Position numbers and translations under genes: made by a program. A model generated the notes under the pieces. The model worked only from the letters and a program-made list of their open reading frames with translations. It did not search any database and was not told the DNA's origin. From contig OZ240241.1 of the NCBI GenBank assembly GCA_965198115.1, positions 6,112,001-6,176,000 on the forward strand: DNA of 64,000 nt, written 5' to 3'. This DNA is from Candidatus Latescibacterota bacterium. Lineage in GTDB: Bacteria; Latescibacterota; UBA2968. Below are positions 41,785 to 51,893 of the stretch, piece by piece. Every line of letters begins with the position of its first letter. Position 1 is the stretch's first letter.

Positions 41785-42727
41785 GTTCCGGCCCTCCTTC
41801 CGCGGTCAGGTCACGGAACACATCCTCCAGTTGGACGCGGAATGGACTCATTTCCAAAATTACCCATCCCGATGTCTTCGCGTAATTGAAGATCGCTTCA
41901 CGCGGGTCCGTCCCGCGATCGTACTCCAGCGACAGCACGAATCCTCCGCCTCCGGCCGGGGTCGACTCTTTCACGTCGACGCCCTCAACCTGCGTCGGCA
42001 GCCCGCTCACGGTCTCATCTGAAGCGTGAATCACCTCGAGCGTCAACTGCGTGCGACCCTGGAAGCTCGACATCAGCATCTCCGTCGTCCCATCCGCCAC
42101 GATCTCTCCGCGGTCGATGATTACGATGCGGTCGACGGTCGCGGCGATCTCCTGCAGGATGTGGCTCGACATGATCACCATCTTCTCTCGTCCGAGATCC
42201 TTGATCAGCTCACGAATCTCGACGATCTGATTCGGATCGAGACCGGACACCGGCTCGTCCAGAATCAGAATCTTGGGATCGTGGATCATCGCCGCCGCCA
42301 GACCCAGACGCTGACGGTAACCTTTGGAGCACTCGGCGATCGGTCGGTGCACTACATCGGACAGACCGCATTGCTCTACCACGCGGCCAAGCGCCTGAGT
42401 CCACGACTTCCCTTCGAGTCCCCGAATCTTCGCTGTGAACTCCAGATAGTCGAAGACCTTCATCTCGGTGTAGAGCGGGTTCGATTCGGGGAGGTAACCG
42501 ATTTGCTCGCGTATCGCCAGCGAGTTCTCGACGACGTTCATGCCGTCTACCAGAACGTTGCCGGCCGTCGGGGCAAGAAAGCCCGTCATTACCTTGAGTG
42601 TCGTGGACTTCCCTGCACCGTTAGCACCCAGAAAACCGAGGATTTCCCCATCCTGAATCTCGAAGGAGATTCCTTTGAGCGCCTCGAAATGCCCGTAGTG
42701 CTTGACGAGATTATCGACTCTGATCAT
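41777..42727 (-). CDS. GldA-like ABC ATP-binding protein
   Basis: GANGAGKST, SKGYRQRLGLA, LDEP, SSHIL. AAGGAGG RBS before ATG 42727. Confidence 0.92.
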   Translation of the reverse strand: MIRVDNLVKHYGHFEALKGISFEIQDGEILGFLGANGAGKSTTLKVMTGFLAPTAGNVLVDGMNVVENSLAIREQIGYLPESNPLYTEMKVFDYLEFTAKIRGLEGKSWTQALGRVVEQCGLSDVVHRPIAECSKGYRQRLGLAAAMIHDPKILILDEPVSGLDPNQIVEIRELIKDLGREKMVIMSSHILQEIAATVDRIVIIDRGEIVADGTTEMLMSSFQGRTQLTLEVIHASDETVSGLPTQVEGVDVKESTPAGGGGFVLSLEYDRGTDPREAIFNYAKTSGWVILEMSPFRVQLEDVFRDLTAEGGPERA

Positions 42728-42987
42728 ACTCGATGACTCCTCCTTACACAGACAAATTGAAACGCGGACCATCGATCGCGGTCCAGACCTTGACAGACGG
42801 CTTAAGAAATAAAAAACCGAGGATCGGAACAAGCAGGAACTCGGTATAAAACAGCAGGTTCTACGGGTTTCCCTGCCGATTGGACGCCGAAATCCGGCGA
42901 ATTTGACCAAATGATCCCAAATCCATCATTTCTTGCATATCGAAATTCTAACCCTGCGTCGACGTGCCCTGACAGCCGGAGATTGAA

Positions 42988-44067
42988 TTGGACCCCGATC
43001 AACTCCTCTCACTAACCCTCGCTCGGCAGGCCATCTCTATTCCTGTGGCGCGACCCCGGTCGGTTTTCGAGCGGCTGGTTGCCATTCAGGCCCAGTACAT
43101 CGCCTCCGTCCCCCAGTCGGTATTCTCACGGTGTCCGACGGCCAGTCCCAGTTGGTTCAAACGCGCGATGGACCGCGACCGTTCCATCGGAAAAACCTGG
43201 AATCTCCGCAGGACCGTCCACGTCACCACCGTTCGCGATCACGGTCTCCTCGCCCACGCCGTCTGCCCCTGCCACGTCGAAGGACAGGCCGATTTTCTGC
43301 AGCGAAGAAGAGCGTGCGGTCCTGAAATGCTCGCAAGGATGGAAGCCGGCATTATCCGTGCGCTCCAGAACGGTCCGTTGACCCGCGCCGAGCTCGAGGC
43401 CAGAGTCGAGGAACTGGATGAGGTCCAGGGCGGCTACTGGGGATTGGGCATAAAGGTGCCCGCGATGCGCGGAGACGTCGTCTTCGCTGGTCTGGGTGAC
43501 GGAGAGGTGCGTATGGCGCTGACCAAAACCTGGTTTAAGACCACGCCGGAGCCACCCGAGGACCCGTTAGGGGCGCTCGTCGTAAGATATCTCAAGGGCT
43601 ACGGCCCCGCGACGATCGGCGACTTCGCCTACTGGACGGGAATGACGATCAGGGAATGCAAGGAAGGATTCGGCCGTGTCGAAAATCGGATTCGAACGAT
43701 CGAGGTCACCGGAACAAAAGACCTTTACTACGATGCCCGGAAGCGTGTGAAGGAAGCGGCCATTCCAAAAATTGCCATACTTCCAAAATTCGATGCCCTC
43801 GTCCTCGGATACCGCGACAAAACGCGTGTCCTCGCCGAAGCCGATCGCACACGTGTCTTCCGCCCCGCGGCTCAGGTCGAAGCCGTGATCCTCATCGACG
43901 GTCGCGTCGGCGCAACCTGGCGGCTCAAAGCGCGAACCCACGGAATCCAGTTCACGGTCGAGCCTTTCAGACGAATCTCAAAGACCACGCGAAGCGACAT
44001 CGAGGACGCCTTCGGACCCCTTGCCTTGTTCTTGGGACGCGACGGTCACAGCGTGACACTCACTTGA
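42988..44067 (+). CDS. AlkZ/YcaQ-family (HTH_42) winged-helix DNA glycosylase, QxQ type
   Basis: AIQAQ, WNLRRTVH, LVVRYLKGYGPATIGDFAYWTG, LPKFD..VLGYRD, LIDGRVGATW. Confidence 0.88.
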   Translation: MDPDQLLSLTLARQAISIPVARPRSVFERLVAIQAQYIASVPQSVFSRCPTASPSWFKRAMDRDRSIGKTWNLRRTVHVTTVRDHGLLAHAVCPCHVEGQADFLQRRRACGPEMLARMEAGIIRALQNGPLTRAELEARVEELDEVQGGYWGLGIKVPAMRGDVVFAGLGDGEVRMALTKTWFKTTPEPPEDPLGALVVRYLKGYGPATIGDFAYWTGMTIRECKEGFGRVENRIRTIEVTGTKDLYYDARKRVKEAAIPKIAILPKFDALVLGYRDKTRVLAEADRTRVFRPAAQVEAVILIDGRVGATWRLKARTHGIQFTVEPFRRISKTTRSDIEDAFGPLALFLGRDGHSVTLT

Positions 44068-44126
44068 CGACTTTCTAACGTGACACACGAACGTCGCTCC
44101 AGACCGCTTTTCCTTCGAGGTCATTT

Positions 44127-44413
44127 ATGAACGAACCCGTCGACTTTCCGACGATGTCCGATCGTGAGAAATACCTCTTCGACCTGCAGGGGTTTCTCGC
44201 CGTCGAGGGGATGCTGTCGCCGGAGGAAGTTCACGCCTTGAACGAGGCCCTCGAGGCCAACCGCAACAAAGGAAGGGACGACCCCAACCGCAGTGCGCCC
44301 GGTCCCCTCGCCGGAGATCACGTCCGTGGCCTCTACGAGGGCATGCTCACCTGGGAGAAGCCCTGGTGCCTGCCCTTTCGCGATCTCCTCGCCCACAGGA
44401 AAATCATCCCTTA
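44127..44413 (+). pseudogene. Phytanoyl-CoA dioxygenase (PhyH) family, 5' third only, truncated by ISAzo13
   Basis: EKYLFDLQGFLAVEGMLSPEEV..LN, PFRDLLAHRKIIP; the frame ends at the IS boundary. Confidence 0.8.
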
Positions 44414-45708
44414 GGGTTTGCCACGAAATAAGTGCTGCACTTTTCAAGGTAATGATCTTACGCTCGGAGTGTGGACGTCGAAACTCTCCGAACGAAGTAT
44501 GAAGCCTTGGCTCCGGTGCTGACGGAACGCACGCGTCGTCTGTGGGCCGCCACGGAAGCCGAAGCGTTGGGTCACGGTGGGATCGCGATTGTGGCTCTGG
44601 CGACAGGAATGTCCAGAGAGCGGATCTTTCGTGGCATTCAGGAGTTGAGGTCGGACGAACCTTTGGACCCGGCTCGCATCCGGCGTCCAGGCGGCGGTCG
44701 TAAGCGGAAGGCCGACACGGACCCGACGCTGTGGCAGGACCTGAATGATCTGGTCGAGCCAACGACTGCGGGGTCGCCTGACGACAATCCTCTGAGATGG
44801 ACATCGAAGAGCACTCGCAAACTGGCCGCCGAGTTGCAAGCGATGGGGCATTCGGTGAGCCCCAGGATCGTTGCCAATCTCCTGCACGAACACGATTACA
44901 CGCTGCAGGCGAATCGGAAGACAAGGGAGGGATCTGCACACCCGGATCGGGACGCTCAGTTCGTTTACCTCGATGATCGGATTAGCCAGCAGCAGCAGCA
45001 GGGCCTTCCCGTTATCTCGGTGGACACCAAGAAGAAAGAGTTGATCGGCGACTTCAAGAATCCTGGCCGAGAATGGCGACCCAAGGGAGACCCGGAGCGT
45101 GTGAAGGTACACGATTTCATAGTGCCTGCTCAGGGCAAGGCGATCCCTTATGGAGTGTATGATCTGAGCCGTGATGAAGGCTGGGTAAGTGTCGGTATCG
45201 ATCACGACACGGCCAGCTTCGCCGTGAATGCGATCCGAAGTTGGTGGAAGAACATGGGACGGCCCGCCTACGGCACTTCGACGCATCTGCTAATCACGGC
45301 GGACGCAGGCGGCAGCAACGGCGCCAAGACGCGGCTGTGGAAGTGGGAGCTGCAGCGCTTTGCGAATCGCACTGGCCTGACGATCACCGTATGCCACTAC
45401 CCTCCTGGCACTAGTAAGTGGAACAAGATCGAACATCGCCTGTTCTCCTTCATCGCTATGAACTGGGCGAGGCAAGCCCCTGGTCAGCCTGGCTGCAACC
45501 GTGAATCTCATTGCCGGAACGACCACTCAAGCCGGTCTCCGAGTACGCTCCGAGATCGACAAGCGACCCTACCCTAACGGGGTCAAGGTGACCGATGAAC
45601 AGATGACCCAAATCGATCTCACTCCGCACGATTTCCACGGCGACTGGAACTACACGATCCGGCCAATGGCTCAACATTGAGATCGACCGTTTATTTATTC
45701 GCGAACCC
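44414..45708 (+). mobile_element. ISAzo13-family IS (1295 bp)
   Basis: Imperfect IRs GGGTTTGCCACGAAATAA / GGGTTCGCGAATAAATAA; TTA on both sides (44411-13, 45709-11). Confidence 0.88.
44471..45680 (+). CDS. ISAzo13 transposase; one apparent frameshift
   Basis: RRPGGGRK, PLRWTSKS, ISVDTKKKELIG, ITADAGGSN, PPGTSKWNKIEHRLFS. Removing one G near 45466 gives NWRGKPL...FHGDWNYTI to TGA 45680. Confidence 0.9.
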
Positions 45709-47018
45709 TTATGTCTCCGACGGTAAGGAAGATCATATCGTTGAATGCGTCGAGTGTGCGGAATCCGCTGGCTCGGTTCTTGACGATTTGGACGATTCGG
45801 TTGAGGCCTTCGGCGATGGCGTTGGTAAGACGCGTGTTCACGAATGCGAGGACGCCGAAGAAGTGCTGTCGCAGGGTCCTGACGAACTTTCGCAGGGGTT
45901 CACGTCGACTTCTGAGTGCGGACGTCGTCCAGCATTTCAGGAAGCGTTCGGCAGCCCAGGGCGCTTTGTATTCCCAGAACTGCTCGAACTCGTCCTTGAG
46001 TCTCCAGGCTCTATAGATTCGGTAGTTCGCCTTCTCCAGTGCTTTGAGTGTCCGAGTATCCCCTCTGGAGCGTGTCGCTGAGTGCCGGTAGAGGAGCCAT
46101 CGGAGGCCCTTCATGGCTTTGCGCTCATCCGGGGCAGCTTTACGCCACTGGTCCTTACGGACCTCGTCAACGGCGGCATTGAGAGCCTTGACGATGTGAA
46201 AGCGATCGAGGACCAGCTTGGCATTCGGACAGTGTTCCTGGATGGCTCCGATGTAAGCTTCGCTCATGTCGCAGCAGGCCCACTCGATCTTGGATCTCCG
46301 GTAGGGACTGAGAGCCTCTGTGAAGAACCGATCGATCGTTTTACGCGCCCTGCCGCGGCCAACCCACACCACGCAGGAGCGGTCCAGATCGTAAACGAGC
46401 GTGGCGTACCTGTGACGCTTGGCGTAGGAGATCTCGTCGATCCCGATGGTTTTGAGCCCTCGGATACGATGACCTTCACGAAGCCGCGTGATGGATCGGT
46501 GAAGGAGATCCGACAGCGTCGAGGCAGAGATGCGCAGTAACTCGGACGCCGCCTTCTGCGTCATGGTCTGGCAGTAGCGCAGCATGGCATACTCGAAGCG
46601 ATACGTCACCCGAGAGAACCGCTCCGCCCACGGAATCTCCTCGACCACACGACCGTGGGTAGGACACCGAATCTCCCGAGGATGGTAGAGAAGCCAGACC
46701 CTCCACCCGCACACCGGAATGTCACGCCACCGACGCGGATGGGGCATTGTGCGGACGATTTTACCTCGACGGCCGCACTCCGGACAACAACAACCATTCT
46801 TATGTGGCTTTACGGCGATGACGAAACAGCTTCTCCCCTCAAACCACCAGCTGACAACACGGAACCCCTTGAATCTCAGCAGTTTCGATAGTAATCTGCT
46901 CCCGGTCATAGGTCGCACCCCCTTCGCTTTGATTGTCCTACACACACAACCAAGCGTAGGGAACGATCTATGACCTTGTCATTCTATAGTTTCACCGTTG
47001 AGAAACCCGGATAGAGCC
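45709..47018 (-). mobile_element. ISL3-family IS, copy 4; right end (~110 bp) lost at the ISAzo13 junction
   Basis: Left IR ends at 47018. The transposase (45695-46945) breaks off after LTVGDI. No right IR and no TSD partner for flank AGAAAAAG. Confidence 0.92.
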
Positions 47019-47104
47019 AGAAAAAGGCAGGTCCGAAAACCCGCCGTGACTACTCCACTTCTGACGTTTACACGCAATGTTTTAATTCATCTACGCTCCA
47101 TCCG

Positions 47105-47131
47105 TTCTGCGTGCTCTGTGTGTTCTGTGGT
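47105..47131 (+). repeat. Short tandem repeat, 3 x 9 nt
   Basis: ttctgcgtg ctctgtgtg ttctgtggt. Confidence 0.55.
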
Positions 47132-47136
47132 TCCAC

Positions 47137-47680
47137 TCACCCATCGTCGCAGGAAGCACACACCCAGGCGGCGCGAGATCCACCAGCGCCCGGGATTTCC
47201 GTGTCGAAGTCGTGCCGAACCGGAACGTTGTCATCCCCGCAGAAATCGCATTTACCGCGATCGAGATAGTCGCCGATCACTTTCACGTCGAGTTCGATCT
47301 TCTCGCGTTTCTCCCGTCCCTGCGTGAACAGCCTTAGAAAACTGAGCACTTGCTTGTTCGTTTCCGTTTCCCACGCGCGATCGAAGATCGCCATCAGCTC
47401 GGGATCGTCCGGGCGGCCCCCGTCCTCCAGCGTATGGTAAGCTGCTGCCCGAACTTTCTCGTCGGGATCTTCCATCATCCGGTAGAGCGCCTCCCAGACT
47501 TCGTCGACTCGCCGGCGGACGTGACACGGGCAAAGGTTCTTCGCAGCCTCCAGCCGGTCGGCAGAGTTGTCGCTCTTGGACAGTTCGACGTAGTAGCCAA
47601 ATCTCGTCGGTACGAGTGCGTTTCTCTCCGGGCTTGAAAGCTCGCTTTTGAAACCGATTCAGATCCTTAATACGTGGCAT
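47137..47680 (-). CDS. HEAT-repeat protein with LCPCH motif and C-terminal CxxC..CxxC zinc finger, paralogue B; one apparent frameshift
   Basis: MPRIKDLNRFQK... joins near 47597 to VELSKSDNSADRLEAAKNLCPCHVRRR...CDFCG...CASCD. Confidence 0.75.
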
Positions 47681-47709
47681 GTGGTTCCGTCCGCAAACGA
47701 TTCGAACTG

Positions 47710-48257
47710 CTATCCGTCGCACGCTTCGCAAACCAACGACACCCTCGCGCCCGAGTCACCCGGTATCTGCGTATCGTAGTCTTCCCTCACGGGCCCATCC
47801 TGACCACAGAAGTCGCATTTTCCTTTTACGGCGTAGTCCGAAACCACCTTCAGCTCCAGTTCGATATCCGCCCGGGCGCTTGCCCTCGTTTCGCGATCTC
47901 GCAGGAATCCTTCGATTCTCCGGCGAAGTTTCGGATCGGTCTCGTTCTTTACCGCCCGCTCGAAACGGTGTCCAGATCCGGATCGTCGGGGTTGCCACCG
48001 TCCGTCAACGTATGATAAGCGGCCTTCCGGACGCGCAGATCCGGGTCCTCGAGCATTCGATATAGAGCCTCCCACACTTCATCGATCCGCCGCCGAACGT
48101 GGCACGGGCACAGGTTGTCGGCAGCCTCGAGACGGTCGGCCGGGTCCTCGCTCTTTGAGAGATCGACGAGTCGCCAGATCTCGTCACCGCTGATACGGGG
48201 TTCGCCCTCCTTGAATGCGTTTCGCTGGTGCTTGTTCAACCCCTTTACTCTCGCCAT
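47710..48257 (-). CDS. HEAT-repeat protein with LCPCH motif and C-terminal zinc finger, paralogue A; one apparent frameshift
   Basis: MARVKGLNKHQR...DRLEAADNLCPCHVRRR...EDPDLRVRKAAYHTL joins near 47964 to FERAVKNETD...CDFCG...CEACDG. Confidence 0.75.
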
Positions 48258-48403
48258 TGTCTTTCGCTCCGGTGCTTTCTGGTGACCTGAGAATGTGCCT
48301 GGTCTTCTACTTTGACGAGGCCGCAGGGGGCATCGTTTCGAGACCGAGGATCCCTCGACGATCGGAGCTTCCTATCCCGTGCGGGCCGCCTTCAGGCAGT
48401 GCC

Positions 48404-48874
48404 CTAGTTTCTCTCGGGTGCAAAAAGCTCGATTTCGAAAATGAGCGTCGAATTCGGCGGGATCCTTCCTCCGCCGGCGCTACCGGACCCGTAGGCCAGA
48501 GCGGGAGGAACGACCAGTTGGCGGAGCCCGCCGTAGTGCATCGTGGCGACCCCTTCGTCCCATCCCGGGATGACCCGTCCGACACCGACCGGAAAGATGA
48601 ACCGTTCACCGACATCGCGCGAACTGTCGAACTTCGTGCCGTCACTCAGCCATCCTTCGAAGTGGACGGCTACGTCGAACCCGAGTCGAGGAAGCGACCC
48701 TGTTCCTTCTCTTATATCGAAGATCTTGAGTCCCGACTCTGTCACCGTGTACTCTGTCTCCGAGATGAGCAGGGGACTCGTATCCGACAGCTCGATCGTG
48801 GGCGGACTTCCTGTACAGGCTGAAAGGGCCCACAATACGGCGAAAGCAAAAATGATTCGCACAATCTCCTCCAT
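48404..48874 (-). CDS. FKBP-type peptidyl-prolyl isomerase (lipoprotein)
   Basis: LSAC lipobox, TESGL, VHFEGWLSDGTKFDSS, VIPGWDEG, LAYG, IPPNSTLIFEIEL. Confidence 0.93.
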   Translation of the reverse strand: MEEIVRIIFAFAVLWALSACTGSPPTIELSDTSPLLISETEYTVTESGLKIFDIREGTGSLPRLGFDVAVHFEGWLSDGTKFDSSRDVGERFIFPVGVGRVIPGWDEGVATMHYGGLRQLVVPPALAYGSGSAGGGRIPPNSTLIFEIELFAPERN

Positions 48875-48909
48875 TTCCGTTGGCCCGGCACGTGTCCATT
48901 CAGACCGAT

Positions 48910-49443
48910 CTACGGAATAACGTCCAGCAGTTCGACCTCGAAAATCAACGTTGCACTCGGGGGGATACCCCCACGGCCCCTCTGGCCATAGGCCAACTGG
49001 GACGGTATCACGAGTTGACGCTTGCCGCCCTCACGCATCGACATCATCCCCTCATCCCATCCGCGAATCACCCGGCCGACCCCGATGGGCGTTAGCAACG
49101 GCTGATCTCGGATCACCGAACTGTCGAATCGCTTCCCATCCGTCAGCCACCCGGTATAATGAACCTTGATGTGCTGCCCTTTCCTGGGTTGGGCACCATC
49201 CCCCACGACGAAATCGTAGTACATCAATCCGCTCGGAGTGATCGTATAGTCGTCATCCGCAATCTTTTGCGGTGCTACCGTCGACAACTCATCGGTCGAT
49301 GCGATACGTTTGACAGACGGTTTCGCCTCTGCGCCAGCCTGCGCCTGGGCGACAGGCTTCTCAGCCGCATCTTCGACCCGGGGTGTCTCGCTCGAACATC
49401 CGCACAAGACGATACTCACCACCACCCAACCGAATCGATTCAT
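48910..49443 (-). CDS. FKBP-type peptidyl-prolyl isomerase (lipoprotein)
   Basis: LCGC lipobox, TPSGL, VHYTGWLTDGKRFDSS, VIRGWDEG, IPPSATLIFEVEL. Confidence 0.94.
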   Translation of the reverse strand: MNRFGWVVVSIVLCGCSSETPRVEDAAEKPVAQAQAGAEAKPSVKRIASTDELSTVAPQKIADDDYTITPSGLMYYDFVVGDGAQPRKGQHIKVHYTGWLTDGKRFDSSVIRDQPLLTPIGVGRVIRGWDEGMMSMREGGKRQLVIPSQLAYGQRGRGGIPPSATLIFEVELLDVIP

Positions 49444-49675
49444 TTCATCCCCATAAAAGTGTCCAATTTTTGTGCACGGGTAAAGGGCCCGAAGCTATCC
49501 CCGGACCCTTGGCATCGACGTTTTACCTGACTTTCTCTTTGCGGTCACCTGTATCGAATCTAATGAACCGTATCCACGGAATTGAACGACACGATGAGAT
49601 GTAGCAGCCTCGACGAATGACAACTGGTTCCTCACCGAAGCCCCGCAGGGCGAGGGTGGGAACACATCGGTTCGC

Positions 49676-50461
49676 TTACTGATGATCCGATAACACGAAC
49701 GGCGCAGGATCCGTGAAGACCGCCTCAGGGAGGTTCGTCAACACCGCAACATCGGTGTGCTTGCGTCCACCGTGGTCGTCAGTCAACATGATCGCTCCAA
49801 ACTTCCGCCAGTCCTGCCACGGCCCGAGCGATCGAGATTCATCGACGTCGCGATCTTTCCAATAGTCCCAATGCGTGACCAGTCTCGACGCCCCGTCGAC
49901 GAACACGTGATACTTGTTCTTGGGTGTTCGCCCGACATCCTTGAACGTCAACTCGAGCACGTCACACATCGCGCCGGCTTCGTCCGCCCGCTCCCCATGA
50001 TACTTCAAGGTCACACCCGAATCCTTGAGCTTGTAGGGCATCACCAACCAGTAGGAATCGTTGATCCACGCGCTTTCGGCACGTCGAAGTGCCTGTTCGA
50101 GTTCCTCCGAAGCGGTAACCTCACTGCCGTTCTCCCACGCACGTCCCTTCTTGTCGTGCAGATTCATCAGCGCGACGTATTGCTTCTCACTCCGCCGGTC
50201 TTTCCACTCGACTCGGATGTTCCCCGTGTGTTTGTCCCAGACGTGAAGACGCCTGCCGAAGAACCGCCACGTGAGATACCGTGTTCGATCCCACGCCGCC
50301 CGTCCGCCCAACGTGGCCATCACCTCATCCGCAATCTCGACCGCCCGCACATCGGACCCGACCGCATCGAACCCCGGAGCCGCCGGATTCACGTCTGCCC
50401 AAGCTGCAAAGGGGAAAGACAACGCGCCGAGCAATGCCGCGTGCGAGAGCACTTGACTCAT
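49676..50461 (-). CDS. Exported hypothetical protein
   Basis: Signal peptide (AAWA); IADEVMATLGGRAAWD, WINDSYWLVMPYKLKDSGV; coherent long ORF in line with pepC. Confidence 0.75.
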   Translation of the reverse strand: MSQVLSHAALLGALSFPFAAWADVNPAAPGFDAVGSDVRAVEIADEVMATLGGRAAWDRTRYLTWRFFGRRLHVWDKHTGNIRVEWKDRRSEKQYVALMNLHDKKGRAWENGSEVTASEELEQALRRAESAWINDSYWLVMPYKLKDSGVTLKYHGERADEAGAMCDVLELTFKDVGRTPKNKYHVFVDGASRLVTHWDYWKDRDVDESRSLGPWQDWRKFGAIMLTDDHGGRKHTDVAVLTNLPEAVFTDPAPFVLSDHQ

Positions 50462-50462
50462 T

Positions 50463-50490
50463 TTCAATTTTCGATCCTCAATTCTCGATA
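50463..50490 (+). repeat. Heptamer tandem repeat x4 (YTCRATH)
   Basis: ttcaatt ttcgatc ctcaatt ctcgata, spanning the pepC stop. Confidence 0.5.
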
Positions 50491-51893
50491 TCCCTGGCGA
50501 GCGCCCCCATCGGGTCCCAGGGCGGCAGGACGATCGGATCTTCTTCGAAAGCGGTCAGGAGAGACTCCGGAACGTGATCTTTACGCGCGGCGATCTCGAA
50601 CATGTACTGATCGAACCAGGTGTCGTTCATCAGGTAAAATCCCTTCCGACCGCTCTTGTCGCCCCAGCTGTTCTCTACGCGCCACCGTCGCGGAATGTCC
50701 TGTCCGTCCTCTCGCTGCACGTCGACACCCGTGAAGAGCATTGCGTGGGTCATCTGCGTCTGGTGAAACTGAAGACGATCGGCTTTGTCCAGCGTGAAGG
50801 CACAATCGTAGATGCTCTCGTAGTCGAACAGTTTGGCATCCCATAACCCCAGTTTCCGGTCCATCATCTTTCCAACGTCGCAGCCCATCCAGACGGGTTC
50901 GCCCTCCACGATCGCTTTGGCGGCAATACGCTTCATGGTGTCGATGTCGACGTTCAGATACTTCACCAACCGGCCGCCTTCGACATTGCCCAAACATTCC
51001 ACGGTGTAAGTCTTGCCAATAGGGCTCGAAGGACGTGGATCGTGCACCAGACACACGTAGTCGTCGAACGGAATCGTGACGTATTTCTCCGCGAATTCCT
51101 TGGGTGTCATCATCCCGTCGCGATGAAATTTGCCATCTTTGTCGTTCCACTGCCAGTCGAAACTCGTCGGTGGCGTTCCGAGGTGAATGGAAAGAATCCG
51201 ATAGATGATTTCGAGGATCGCGTTCTTCTCGGACTCAACCGCTCTGTCGTCGGCACCATCCGCAATCGTATCTCGTAGCAGGAGGGCACCCTCCCGGAGT
51301 TTGAGCAGGAGCAAGCCGTTCATCTTCCTGGAATTCGATGAACTTTCCGTTTCCGGCATGACTGCCTGGGGTACGAGCCCGTGTTTGTTGACCAGATTGA
51401 CGAACATGTTCCACTGTCCGCCGTCGTCCAGGGGGCGCTCCAGCAGGAATGCGACGATGCGGTCGTCCACCGATCGGTCGGCCGTCTCGATCACACGCTG
51501 GAGAAAGTAGTTCGCCCGTTCGAGCTTGTCCCAGAAAAAGCAGTAGTTCTGGCTGAACTCGAAAGACTTCAGGTTCATCTTCCCCATCGCGCCGACACGG
51601 AACAGATTCAGCCCTGCGAACATCCAGCAACGCCCGGTCTGCTTCTGATTCGTCACTTCCCAATCGTCCAGAACGTGGCTGAACGTGAAATCACTGCTCG
51701 TGACGATGCCGCGATTCAGGGCCACCTCATCGACAGGATGCTTGCAAACAGCATTCTGGGCCATGCGGGCATTCGGACTGCCCTCGAACCGGGCTCGCAT
51801 CTCACCCACCCGAAGGAGGCTGAGTGCACCCGTCTCACTCGTCTGAACCGTCGTCACCACCTCGTGCTGGAGGGTGGAAGGGGGTGTTGCCAT
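50478..51893 (-). CDS. pepC: Aminopeptidase C / bleomycin hydrolase (C1B)
   Basis: NQKQTGRCWMFA, FWDKLERAN, DGGQW, MTHAM, WRVENSWG, LPPWDPMGALA. Confidence 0.95.
   Translation of the reverse strand: MATPPSTLQHEVVTTVQTSETGALSLLRVGEMRARFEGSPNARMAQNAVCKHPVDEVALNRGIVTSSDFTFSHVLDDWEVTNQKQTGRCWMFAGLNLFRVGAMGKMNLKSFEFSQNYCFFWDKLERANYFLQRVIETADRSVDDRIVAFLLERPLDDGGQWNMFVNLVNKHGLVPQAVMPETESSSNSRKMNGLLLLKLREGALLLRDTIADGADDRAVESEKNAILEIIYRILSIHLGTPPTSFDWQWNDKDGKFHRDGMMTPKEFAEKYVTIPFDDYVCLVHDPRPSSPIGKTYTVECLGNVEGGRLVKYLNVDIDTMKRIAAKAIVEGEPVWMGCDVGKMMDRKLGLWDAKLFDYESIYDCAFTLDKADRLQFHQTQMTHAMLFTGVDVQREDGQDIPRRWRVENSWGDKSGRKGFYLMNDTWFDQYMFEIAARKDHVPESLLTAFEEDPIVLPPWDPMGALARDIEN

Noticed and set aside
38877-42727. 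Gliding-motility locus
   Set aside because: GldA/F/G-like ABC plus DUF4340 clusters are widespread in non-gliding bacteria; no gldK-N or spr genes here.
44444-45286. 280-aa minus-strand ORF in ISAzo13
   Set aside because: Antisense shadow of the transposase.
45460-45470. Programmed frameshift in the ISAzo13 or ISL3 copy 1 transposases
   Set aside because: No slippery heptamer; the other ISL3 copies are single ORFs, and the shifts lie in short G/C runs typical of errors.
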